NCBI GenBank assembly: GCA_003971905.1
Contig: RSEE01000029.1
Location: 620,001 to 684,000 of the forward strand
DNA from: Moniliella sp. 'wahieum'
Lineage: Eukaryota
Reading direction: 5' to 3'
Length of the DNA stretch: 64,000 bases
Notes under the pieces: generated by a model
Databases searched by the model: none
Told to the model about the DNA's origin: nothing
The model's input: the letters and a program-made list of their open reading frames with translations, nothing else
Translations under genes and position numbers: made by a program
Part shown: piece after piece, positions 13,664-26,299 of the stretch
Layout of the letters: each line of letters begins with the position of its first letter
How positions within the stretch are numbered: position 1 is the stretch's first letter

Positions 13664-16647
13664 CTAGCGCCGCATAAAGCGAAGTGTCAGAATAAACCGC
13701 CCACGCCAATGGCAACCATCACGGCCACAATGCCGCCAAACCAATGCAGGTTGTCATTCTCATCCACTTGGCCCGGTACCTGCACGCACAGTCAGTCGTC
13801 AGCCAAGGTGAGAAAGGAGCAAAAGCAAATGCAAACGCAAACGCAAACGCACCTTTACGTTCATCCCCCACAGACCGGTCACAATGTTGAGCGGTACAAT
13901 CACCGTACCAAGCGCGGTAAGCTTGGACAGCACATCGTTGATCTGGTTGTTGGCGTCGGTCATTTCGATCGAAATTTGGGCGAGGTAATTGGAATGGGAG
14001 CGGGATAGAATTTTTTCGTAGTGATTCAAGTTCTGGGTCATGGTGATCAAGTGGTCTTGAATGTCGGAGAGGTACAGACCGATATCCGACTTGGGCGCCA
14101 CGGACCAATTCTCGTTGCACCGCTTGGCCAGGCCCTTAACCACATCCGCCTTGCTTCCCATCAACCGCAACAGCCCCATCACCTTTTGCGACACGACCCG
14201 ATCCGCCGCAACATATCACTCTGCTCGGCCTCTTTTAAAATCAAGACCAGCTCGTCAATCGAGTCGACCTCGTACTCGATGCTTTGGATCAACGGGCCAA
14301 ACGCATCTGTAATATCGTCAATCAAAGCATACGAGATCCAGTCCGAGGTGACCTGAATGTAATCCTTGAGCTGCTTGATGCGTCGCCGCACATTGTGCGG
14401 GTGCGGGGTGCTGCGGAAGTGGAAGGAAAGCGTTCCTTCGCGGAAGACGATAATGTACATGTTGAGCGGTTGGAGGTAGGTGGGGCTGTAGGGGTCTTGG
14501 TCAAACGAACGGAAACAGACCAGGTAGTAGTTGCGGAACAATTCAATCTTCTCCGCGTCTCTTCCATAAGAATGTCCTCGGTCGTCAAAGGATGAATCCC
14601 AAACGCACGACTGATCACCTTCATCTCCTCCACAGTGGGACTCTGGACATCGAGCCACCAAGTATTGGGTTCCTCATCAGCCGCCGTGGTAGGCATTCCC
14701 CCCGCTGGCAAACCTCTGCCCAACGGTTCGGGCGGGGCGCGACCAGGCCCAGTGGGGAGCGTGCCAGGCGCCCGCCCGGTCGTACCACGAGAAGCATCGC
14801 GCCGCCCTGGGGGAGCATCCGCTCGCAGGGAGCCATGTTTCGCACCACCGCCAAGGGTGTCCGTGTCGACCTCTGTCTGCTCTGGCACGGCATCCATTTC
14901 GGGTTTGGACATCGGCCGTCCCTTGAGCAAGTCCTCAAACGTTTGTCCTGGCGCAGGCAGCTCATACAGCTGGCGCGCATGGATGGTGCTGTTGAGCGCA
15001 TTGCTATAGAACGCAAACCGGAACGGTTTCTGTTTCTCGCCTGCGGCATTGTAGCGTGCCTCGGCGCCCACCCGCCCACGGCCACCTGTAGCCGAATGAC
15101 GCGTACTTTTGCGCCGCAGGAAGGAAACCGGACCGCGTGGGGGAGAAGAAGGCGCTTCGGGCATCTCCTCGTCCTCCCTTACTCCGTAGGTTGGTTGAGC
15201 CTTGACCTCCTTGCGATCCAAAAGAGAGGTATAGGGAGTAGCTTGGCCCGTGCCTCGCGGCTCCGCCGCATGCTCATCCCCATTGGGAATTGCCGTCGGC
15301 TCATCCCACTGGCCAGGAGGAGGTGGGGGGGGCGTTCCTACCTGGTCCTCAAACAAGGCGAGTTTACGCTGGTACCGTCCCGCCACGCTCGACGGCTCCA
15401 CAGACGGAGCGGACGCAGGCTGGGAAAAGCGCGACGAAGCATGGGTCGCGCCGGCATCTTCCTCCTGCCCCGTGTACTTGCGCCGACGACGAGCATAGAA
15501 GGAACTGTCATTGGCAGTGTAGTGTAGCTGCTTAGCGGCTGACTCTTCCCTCCGGCCTCGGAGCCCCGCTGCCCCGTCACGACGCGCGACTGGATCGGAA
15601 TCGCATCCGCCTGCTCGCGCTGTTGTCGGACAAAGTCATCGAGCGAGTCGAGATCAAACGTGTACGGGTAGCCGGGGGGCAATTCGGGCTCGGCACGCGG
15701 CGTCTGTGTACCGCCACCATAGTGTGCCGACGCGTCCCCAGCCCGGTCCGCGTCCGGATTGATGTTGTCGGGCAGATCGGGGGGGGAGCGAGGGAAACAC
15801 ACGTCATCTTCCGCGTTGGCCTCACTGGGTGGCTGCGACAAGCCAGGGGAGAGTTGAGTGGGGTCGAGCGAGCTCGGGCCAACGGGGGGCGAGCGGGCAG
15901 AATGGAACGCCATGCTGCGCGCTGTCGAGGGCGACTGTCCAGAAACCATCTCGACAGGCGAGTAGTAGCTGCTGCGGAACAGACCAGGCGATCGGGCGGA
16001 AGAAGCAATGTCCAGCCGAGAGGGAACGGCTTGCGAAGGTCGGTGATCGATCCAAGTCGATCCATGCTCCGCGTGGTCCCGGTCCGAATCAAAGCTACCT
16101 GTGCGCAGCCGGTGGCTCATCCGGAACCGATCGGCAATCCCTTGCGTGTTACCAAATTCGAGGGCCGAAGAGGCTGGCCACGCCGAGTTGCGCTGCGTCA
16201 GGAGCGCCGAATTGCCTTCGAGCACGGTGGCAGGGGCCGCAGAGGCGTGGACGCGCATGTCCTCGTCCTCAGCGTCGTCGCGAGGATGAGAGGGGCGCAT
16301 CATAGCTGGCAGCACAAGGGAACCTGAAAAGGTGCGTCAGTCTCGGATCGTTTTAGAAGCCAGGGGACGAAGAAAAAATGGATGAGAACCCAGCTCAGCA
16401 ACTGCGGCAGGCGGGAGCCCGCCCAGCTTGTTACAGGCGTTGCAGGGTGAAGAGAGAGATGGGGGAGGGGGGGGGGGAAAGAAGGGCAGAAGCCGGGAGC
16501 ACAGTGGCGCACGGCAAGGGACAAGTTGGGGGAAGAAGACATACTGTTGCGACGAGCACGCTGAATCTCGCGCGCCGACTCGAGATCTTGTTGCAGCTGT
16601 GCGTCCTCGACGGGCGAGGGAGGGCGGGTGGCGTCGGGGCTAGACAT
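13664..16647 (-). CDS. CorA-family Mg2+ transporter (Alr1/Alr2-like); introns about 16324-16512 and 13779-13852; ends approximate
   Basis: WWLDVQSPT.EEMKVISRAFGIHPLTTEDI; KIELFRNYYLVCFRSF; DWISYALIDDITDAFGPLI; YLSDIQDHLITM...SRSHSNYLAQISI; TM segment with the signature GLWGMNV. Confidence 0.92.
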
Positions 16648-17309
16648 GGGAGAGCGCGCGCAAAGAGGAGAAAGGTGGCAGGCGCAGAGAGGAGGGGAGG
16701 AAAGGCAGACGCCCCAATGGGCAGCAGAACGTGGCAGGCGGGTGCGGGAGGTGCGTGTGGATGGTGCGGATGCACACAAGCGAAGTCGGCGCGAGGCGAG
16801 GCAATCGTGCCAGACGCAGAGCGAAACGGAGGGTGCACCGACCAGGGAAGGGCAAGGAGGAGGGGAAGAAGAAGGGGGGGTGGCGGTCAGAGCTCACTAC
16901 GGCTAGACTGACGCTTCGACTCCGAGCGTACTCAGTCGGGAACCTTTTCCGTCCAGCGCGCAAGGCCAAGCGTGCTGGTCACTCACTAGTCACTAGTCAC
17001 TAGTCCTCGTCAAGGCCCCATCGCCCTCCGGCCAGCCAGACAGCTCACCGGTCACCCGTCACCGTCTCAGGGCGCTCCCCAACAGGCTGCCTCTCAGCTC
17101 TCATCCATCCCACCGTGCGCAGACCCGCGCCCACTGCCCCCGTGCCTCTCCCTAGCCGCACCTCAAAAATTCGCCCAGCGGCACAGCCACAGTGTCTAGA
17201 ACAGGGTGACGTCAACAGTCCCCCACCCCTGGGCCCCCAGCTTCAACTTGCAACTTCCATCCGTCCATCTTCAAGCTGCAATAAGCTTCAAGCTTGAACT
17301 TCAAGCGTC

Positions 17310-20300
17310 GACGGCGCCACGGACTCTCTTCTATACATTTTGAGAGCGTACCTTTTACCGCAACATGTTTGGCTCCACGACCCACGCCACGCCACGTCCT
17401 TCTCCAAGAGCTCCTTCTCTGCTAATGGGGAGATACGCTGCTTAGGTGTATTGGAGCAGGTGCTTATCGATGAATATCGGTATGTGGTCACCGTGATGAA
17501 ACTGGAGCCCTCGTCTGATGTGTGTGCTGGCCCTCGAGACTGCCTTCATGATTCACTCCTGGGCATCGTTTTCTTCTGGGCCCAGCCTCTCCGCCTTCTA
17601 TCGTTGAAAGATCCTCGCATCAAGCTCTGGCTAAAGACTGGCTGGGCGACGCAGTCCTATATACTAGCTCACTGACAGTCCCCGCAGCGACTATTATAGT
17701 CGACGGATCATACCCTGCCCGATGATGGCCGAGAGATATGTCTCCATCAACTATACAATACCCTTTGTATGATCTCCGATGGCGAAATTCATCGCCCCAT
17801 ATCAGCTTTCTTTTCTATCCTTGTTAGCACACGCGGTTCTCAACTACAACTAACCTCAGATTGCCCATTTTTGTTTCTCTTGTCCCTAAAACATGTGGGA
17901 ACAGAGTCAATATCCCCAGTCGATGATCCCCTTGATTTTTCCACAATCCACCATTGTCTTCTCCCTCTTTCTTCCGCTATTGAGTTGTTGGGCTTTGCGA
18001 CCTCCTGTGCGCGCTCATGAGCGCGAGACCATTTTGCGTTTCCCTCACACGGTCTGTCCTTTTTTGCCCATCTTCTAGTGGTGGCACCCCTTCCCTTCCT
18101 GAAACGTGTGTGCACTTTTCGGACTCACCGTGTGCTCCAGGTTCCACACCCATTATTGACGGTGACAGTGATAAGCAATTGCATTATAGTGATGAGGGCG
18201 GCCGGTACAGTCCATTTCACGACTCCATATATGCACTGGCATTATCAAAACAACTCAAGAGCTGTCTCTGCGCCTCTAGCTCCAGCCTGAGAGCTCTCGC
18301 CTACTGCTGAAGAGATGAGGCTCCAACTACGTATGGGCGCTACGGTATACGGGAAATCCCAAATAAGGGATAGCAGAAAAATCGCGTCTCAGACCCCCAC
18401 TCTTCTTCTCCTTCATCCGCGTTTCCTCTGGTACAGGCCAGGTGGGTTACCAGACGCAGGCTTTCTCTTCACCACACCCCCATCTCCCCCTATCTCTCAC
18501 GTTTGTTGTGGAAAGGTCAACGGAAGATTTCCTCGCACTTAACCTAAGAAAGCTATAAGAATATGGAAAACTGCAAGCTCGCATTAGAGGGATGCTGTGT
18601 CTGTCATAATTAGTTAGCTGATCTCCTCATCGCTCCTATTTCCAATTTTTCTTCGTCTTGAGCGTATCGCTCTCTCCCTATTCTTCCGCTTCGCACCATC
18701 ATATCCTCTGCTGTTTTGCTTCTTCCCCACAAACGATTGCCACATCCCTGGGACTAGTCCCGAGACTCTGGTCTCCCTTGCCTCAGTCCCGACTGTGACA
18801 CTGATGTTTGCTCCTTTTCGCTTCCTGTGCATTTTGTTTTTTGACTTGTGATATTTTCAATGGCTCTGCAACAATGTCCGATACGATGACGAACATCTTC
18901 CTCATCTCTGTGTGTATGTACGACAGTTCACCATTATCTGTAGTGGCAAAGAATCATGCAAACCCCCGCTCATCCCACTGTTGACAGAGGAGATAGACTG
19001 TTGTGCTGGCGACCGATCCAACCTAAACATAATTGTGGCTGTGGATCTCTCAGAAAACGGGCAAAGAGACGAGGCGAGCCCGAATTGATCAGGCGTGAGT
19101 CGTCGCATGACAACAGGTTGGTTTGCATATACGGGGGGATCGGGCGACCAAGATTATATATATTAAGACTAATACTGGCGTATAACTCTATATGTTGCTT
19201 GTGTGGTATCCTAAAGGCCGTTGGTTGGGAGGGTGGTACACGTAACGACAGGCTCGCGGATAGGGCCTGGGCCACTGAGAAAACCCAACCCTTTATATAT
19301 TCACAGAAGGTCGCACACGCAGTGGAATGGAACATTCTCGATCCGCTTTTGGACACAAAACAGAGTATACTATATGTGGGTTTTGTTTAGCGTTCAGACG
19401 AACTGTCCTAACAGTCATTACGCAGATGCAACCCAGGCAATAGAGGCAAGGATCGTTTGAATGCTCTCGTCCGGGAGGGTCACCGCCCCCCACCAGCCTT
19501 CGCTCATGACGACCTCTCATCGGATCTGCAGAATCCTTCTCCACATAATACTTTAACGGTGGTTTCTTATATATCGCACCGACTAGAAGGCTGTCGGGCC
19601 TACTGCCAGGTCTGCCAACAGCGTACTGTATTGATGCTGGTTTTCCTTCGGTGGTCTGCATTGTATACCTGGGGCTTCGCCTCAGCCTGTCCCCGGGTAG
19701 ACGGCGACGGTCAATTCTCATCACATCTTTCCGCCGTCGTCCAGTAGGTTCCATAGTCCACATACCGTTCCTTATAGATCACCACGTGACGATATTCCAC
19801 GGCTCCATATCGTCCACACACACTCCACCGTACCATGATGCATTTTATTACGGTTAACGTTCCATCGTATTCTCACGGTATCCATATAAGTAGTACACTG
19901 TTTCAAAGGCAGGTGTTGCAAAGAAGCATCACACCTTACACACTAGTGATAACACTCCCACTTTTATATACTCCTCTACATATACCATGTTGAATCCCCT
20001 CTGTTTTAGCATGATGGATCACGCCGACGATTTGTCTTCTCTTCTTTTCGTTAGCTTTCTCGTATACTTTCGCCGCGCTAATACATGATACATGAAATGG
20101 GGAATAGTGCACGGAGGGGCAGGCTAATAGATCAGAAATGGCATGGCCTCTGTCATGGAGCGGTAGACAAACAACACAGTTATATACATTATGGATGAAC
20201 GGTAAAGCATATCTCGGTGCCGAGCACCTATTTATATATACGGCAAGTGGGGTCGCACGGGCCGCGGGGGGTACGAAAAGGGAGGTGGGAAGTAGTGTAT

Positions 20301-20750
20301 TCCCTGTACTGTCATGATGACAGTGTACTATGGCGTGTATATACACCAAAACCATATGTTCACCAGGCATCCCCGTTCAAAAGTGCGACCAAATATTTCC
20401 AGAGATCCGTCTGAACTGCAGCACCACACCATGTCGACGAACATGTTATAGAGAGTCCGCGTAGTAAACGCATATGCGACGGCGTTTTGAGGCTATAGGG
20501 GGCATTTTCCGGATAACCCCGGTAACCTGGGTGACCGCCGGTGGCCCGTCCACTACGACTGGGAAACTGTCCTGCCAGTGTGCAGGCCATGGATAATACA
20601 GCGACTACTAGGAATATGTTACAGGCACAACAGCAGAAAGAAGTACTCAGTCTCTGATAATCGAAATGGTAATCGATAGCTCTCTCAGTTGCATAATGTT
20701 ACAACGCCAATAAAAAGGTGTGACACACACTTGTTCGTTTAGACGTTTAC
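17310..20750. other. AT-richer non-genic block with only short broken ORFs; possibly decayed coding or mobile DNA
   Basis: Visibly lower GC and many TA dinucleotides relative to the flanking genes. No recognisable intact protein, and essentially no heptamer arrays inside. Confidence 0.4.
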
Positions 20751-20905
20751 TGACCTCGTCAAAACTCTTGAACCTCTTGAACCTCTTCAAAAGCTTTTGA
20801 AGCTTGAAGCTTGAACAGCTTGAACAGCTTGAACGTTGAATCTCTTGAAGCTTAAAACTTCGCTACATGGGCTTAGCGCTTACTCGCTTACTTTATTAGA
20901 GTCGT

Positions 20906-21269
20906 GACAAGAACGCCAAGTACCACAGGGACGCGCTCAAGAGCCGTTTTTCCCCCTGGTTTTTTGACGACGCGAGGATACTGCGGCACCAAGACAGCGG
21001 GCAAGATGCTCGGGCACTGGAAGGACTTGACTACTGACTCTCAATGGAAATGGTTCCTCGCTCGGATGTCTACTACGTTCATCCGTGTCCACACGCGCTA
21101 CCGGGTACGGGAACGGATGGCGGTCACACCAGAGGTCTTCATCTCCTGGCGATTCCCTTGGTTCCTTAAGCGGGGTTGGCACTACCAAGCATCACACGCA
21201 AGACGAACGGGTGGTTTATAGGCGTAGCGTTTCCCTGTTCCAGCCTTAAGCTCTGTCGATGATATGGAT
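20906..21269 (+). mobile_element. 5'-truncated 3' fragment of the CRE/Cnl1-type non-LTR retrotransposon
   Basis: Aligns by eye with the reverse complement of 49338-49689. Encodes the end of the endonuclease region (DKNAKY...LTTRGYCG...WFLARMS). Confidence 0.88.
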
Positions 21270-24162
21270 CAATTTATTATATAGTAAACGAAGAAGAGAA
21301 TATATGTTCAGAGTACCTCTTACGGGGAGATTCTACAAGGAAGAGAGCGCTAGTTGCCCGATTTCTTATTGTTTTTTTTTTTATTGAGTTGTAACCCTCC
21401 TTGAGTTGGTTTCTTTTCAAAAGGTAATATAGCACGTCTCAACGCTCTCGTATCCTTTGTGTCGCTCCAATCGACCATCGGCCACCGGCCATTTAAGCTG
21501 ATCAATGGGGAATTACTAGCTTTATTATTGGACCCGTTAAAGACTGCTAGTCTACTACTGACTGTCTTCCCTCTCTAGATCAGCCTTTCTCTTCTATACA
21601 ATGTTGGGGCGATGCCCCAGCGGGGGGGCTTCCCTTTTCTTTTTTCACGAGCTTTTCAAGCACATACCAAGATCAATGTTCATCAATCTTTTCCAGACAA
21701 TGTGCCACAACAATGTATCTCAGCCATCAAACCCAACAGATTTCCTGTGTGTCATACCTGCGTTACCACGCCAGTCCTCTCTGCAGAGATCACCCTGTTT
21801 GGGGAGGAGTTACTAGTTACTATTAGTCATTGTGATGTACATATTAAAGTAATCAATATATTTAAGTCTCGCACACACTGTTCCTTCCTATATTTACTGG
21901 TTCAACGGTGGGGAGGTGAGTATACACTGAGTACTGAGGTCACTAATTACAGAACTCCTCTCCTCCCTTCCTTCCTCCCTCCCTCCCTCCCTCCCTCCCT
22001 CCTCCCTCCTATACATTGAATCATCCAGCGGGCACTACATCATCAACTCCACAGATTCACTGATGCCACACTCGACGCCAAGTGTGGCAAAAACGCCAAA
22101 AGTTTTCTCAGGGACACGCAACACAGTTCTGCATTTGCTCCCTACAATATACGACCACACTTTGGCGGCTGATGCTCTTGCTATGTACACTGGCTCTGTC
22201 CGTCGGTCTCTCACATATCGATCAGATCTCAGATCTCTGGTCTCAACACGATGGGCCCTCTCTCACGCGCTCATGCACTTGCACCATGCACATTTTTTGC
22301 TCATGCTCTCGAGCTCCGAACAATTATATCAAACGCCCTTCGCGCCGGCAATCCGCTGTCACAATAACATGCAACATCCCGGCATTTTGTTACTGTAGTA
22401 CTGAGCAAATGAGAGTCTCCTGCCTGATGAGTGACCGGTGACCCCCGACCCGGTGACGTCAGGACTGAGTACATATATGGAATACGAGTGCCCTGTGATT
22501 AATGATGGTGAGTTAGTCACTGAAAGTACAGCACAAGTGCTTAGCTATTAGCGCTTTGCTGTGGCGACGGTCAAAAACCCTCATGCCGGCCTCTGGTCTC
22601 TGCAGGAGAATTCAAGACTCAGAACTCAGTGAGTCCCACTCAGGCCGATTGGGGCCTGACAATACTTCTCATCGGGTTTAATGTGTAACGCGCCTAACGT
22701 CGAACGCCATGGCGCGCGTGTGCGGCGCTCGCGCCCTCTCTCGTTGTCTTCGACGAGCCCATGCCACCCTATTGAAATTAATGAAAGGATGTATACCCAA
22801 GCTAAAACACCCCCCCCCTCTGGTTTTTGTCCTTGAGAAGCGGAGGGAGCGGCCCCTGTGGGCTTCAAGCTTCAAGCTCAAGCACCCCCTATATCATAGG
22901 CCCCACATTCAACCGTCGAACCTGTGTCACATGCCTGCACCACATGATCAATCCATGTAAGGATGATCGATGAGATTCTGAGTTCTAAGATCAGCTTATA
23001 TAGGCGACGGTACTACATTTTGATGGAGCTTATTACTTGCATCGGAGTCCTGTGTGATCACATGCACCATATAGAACACTCCTGGCCCTACTAGCTACTA
23101 CACACTGCATCCATCTGAATCATCCACTCATACTACATTCAATTTGAACACCAGTCGTGCGGGGAGTCAGCAGGACCTGCTGTTGGCGATGCATTTCCGG
23201 TCCTTTTGTGGTGGGGGTGAGCAGCAAATGCATTGATTGAGGGAAGAGCCTCATTAATTGAATGTACCGAATTCTGTTTTGTCCACGACCGTGGCTTGAT
23301 ATGCTGCGCAAAGGATACAGTTTTGTATATTCAGGCAGTAGTTATGAGTTGGAAGAGGTAGAGGAGGATCATGGTTCAGGAGACATTCATATATCCCCCG
23401 CATCTGATGCATGATTTGCATGGTGCCTCCTCCAGAACGAGAAGGCCAAGGCGAACGAGAGGAGCTGCTTCGCTGCTTAGCGCTTATCCGTAAGAGGTGA
23501 GGTGTTAGGGGGTGCAAAGCTTGCTTAGGTGGGAACCACTTGGCCACCAGGGTCAAAGCCGGGAACGTCGAGGAAGGGAAAAGAGCGTACTGCATCGGAG
23601 AACAGATAGAACTGGGCAACCGAGGAGGGGAGCCAGACCTTAGGGACTCCAGGCCGCAGCGAGTTTCAGGGCAACCTTCTTCGCTCCAACAACATTCCCG
23701 GCCGGCCGCAGTCCCACTCCCATCACAATCAAGTCCGAGGGTCCGAGCGATGCGGATTTACGTATTAAGTTACGTTGGCTTTGTATGGTTCGATGGGCCC
23801 GTCGGGCATCGTGCGCGATCGGCTATGATATATGACGGTATCGGATAGTGCGGCGGCAATCTGAGGGACAGAGGGTAAAGAGTTGGGGTTGGAATACGGG
23901 GAGGAATCGATGAATGGATATTGAATCGCTGTGCTAGTGTACAAGAGGCGGGTTGGCCAAGCCCGCCGGATGAAAATGTTGAAGCAGGAGTAGGAGTAAT
24001 AGGCCAATGTCCAAGAGATGGAACTCAGAGAAGGGTCAAGGGTAAAGGGGAATCTGGAGAGGCTTGCGTAGGGAAGTGGGTGAAAGGCAAGCTCGAACGG
24101 GACAGGCAAAGAGGCTAACAAGCGGCCGCGAGTATGTCAACGGGCAACATAACCATCGCGGC

Positions 24163-26057
24163 TCAGAATGAACGGCTTGGAGAGGTCCGCAGCGACGCCG
24201 AAAACGCCGGCCAGGAATCAGGCTGACCAGCATTGTTGAATGGTTGGACGTGCCACCCAGGAGGCATGCCCGCCACCGTGCTCGCTCCCTCCTTGGAGTT
24301 CGTCTCGGCCCAGTGTGGCGGAGTGTAAGGTGTCGCGACGGTGGGATACGTGGGCGTGTGGTACGCCGGGGCCAACACCGTAGAAGGAATGCCAAACAGC
24401 GATCCACTGGCCAGTTGGTAATATGTCAGCGCATTGGGCTTGGGCGCCACACCTACGCCCCTCCCATACGAGAAAGGCGCTACCAGCGTCTGTGGGGCGC
24501 CAAGTGGGGTGCCCATCATGGTAAAGTACCCATTCTCTTGCGGAGCAAGCACGTTGGAAGGACATGCTTGGGTCCCCATCCCCACCTCGTTGCACAACGA
24601 AGGCCCAGCAGAGGGGCACCGGCCCAACCGTTCGTGCCACCGTGTCGCTGCGGCCGGGTGAGCCGGGGAAACACAGGGTGGAGCAGTCGAAGAGGGCGGA
24701 AGGGAGTAGGCAGGGGACAACATGCGTGCTCTCTCCTCCCACGGTACAGTAGACGGGGCGGTGCTGATGGTGCTAAGGGTGGCACTGTCCAATACAGATG
24801 CTGGTGAACCGGTAGAGGGGTAGCCGTGGGGACTGGAAGCACTAGGAGTGGTGCGCTGCGTGCCTGTGGCTGGAAAAGATGACGCTGGAATTGGCAAAGC
24901 GGGCGGGAGGTTTGGCAGGTGGTCCCATTGCCGCGGCGGAGAGATGGAAGGGTAAGTACGACCAATGGACCGGCTACGGAGGGGCGATAGACGGTCTTGA
25001 AGTCCACGGGTCGTGAGCAGACCGATGGATGCGGGTCGGCTTGGACGGGGCTGATCCGACGGACGCTCCTCCGTCCTGGATCGCGGGAAGCTACCTGCGG
25101 CGCACACGCTTCCCTCCGCTCAGCGGTAATGGCTTGGATGCGATGGGACCAGCGGTCAAACTGGTCCGCTGGTACGTGCACCGTCATCCCCAGTCCGCGC
25201 CACAACTCCACCTCGGCATGAGTGAGGGAAGCAAGCGGAATGTTGCTCAACTCGGACCAGGTTTTGGTCGTATAAGTGTTATCGTCCAAGTACTTGTTGG
25301 CCAACATCAGGGACACGATGGCGGCGCGGAATTCGGAGCCGGGAGAGCAACTCAAGTGTGGCTGGGACTCCTTGAAACGGTGGAGATAGTACAGCGCCAA
25401 CAGCACAATGGAGGTAGAGAGTTGTGTGGTGCGCAAGACCTTATGCACAAAGCTGGTGAATTCGGCAGTGGGGTGCAGACGCATTTGTCGAGACTCGCCA
25501 GCCAGCGGAGGGGAAGGAGACCTAGGCGAGCTCACCGTTCCCAATGAGGATGGCCTGCTGGGCTCGGGGGAATGTGCAGCGGAACAAGGAGAGGTGGGCG
25601 GGGCATACCAGATGTAGCAGGTTAGACTCGCAAACCACTCCGCACGGGAGAGAAGAGCGGCATCATGGGTATGGCGTCGGCGCTTGTGAGGGTTGGGACG
25701 AGTATCGGCGGAGGTAGCGACGGGGGGAGCGACGGGGGGAGCGGCGCTCGTCGTGGCCGTCACTGTCAGTGCGGTGGGAAGAGCCGTGGAGGGAGCGACG
25801 ACGGCGGGGGCAGCCAATGCAGGCAGCTGGGCAGCAGCCAGAGACGAATGGTGGTCCCGTGGCTTCTGCAGCTCGGGGAGTGGTGGGAGCGGGAGCTGTG
25901 GTAGGGTGTGGGGTGGGGAAGCGGGAGGCGAAGAGAGCGGGGGCGGGGTGAGGGTGAACGACAGCTTGCGCTTCAACGGAGCGGCGTCCACATAGGGCGC
26001 AGCGACTGGCGACATGGGGGAGGCAAGGGCGAGAGGTGGTGGGGGGGCGAAGGCCAT
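24163..26057 (-). CDS. Pho85-type cyclin, Clg1-like; one frameshift near 25000-25100
   Basis: EFTSFVHKVLRTTQLSTSIVLLALYYLHRFK...GSEFRAAIVSLMLANKYLDDNTYTTKTWSELSNI...AEVE cyclin box with Pro/Ser-rich N- and C-termini. ATG at 26057. Confidence 0.87.
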
Positions 26058-26299
26058 GAATGATATGGACGAGGGGGTGGGGGGCGAGCACGGGGAGTAG
26101 CAGCGGTGGTATGTGGGTTGTGCAAAGAGTAGTATATTTTGGAGGTGTGTCACGCGTTGGTGCGGTCTGCGTTGTGTGCGAGTGACGAGTTGCTAGCAGC
26201 GTTGCCAGTTAGTCGCTAGTAGCTATTAGCTGCTGGTGCTAGGGACTAGGTACCGGCCCTGGCCCATGCATCAATTGAGTACGGGGTCTGCGCACCAGC

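Noticed and set aside
22420..22470. CTGATGA followed by a hairpin, as a possible hammerhead ribozyme
   Set aside because: No GAAA core or closing stems; the hairpin is a TGA-CCGG-TGA array unit.
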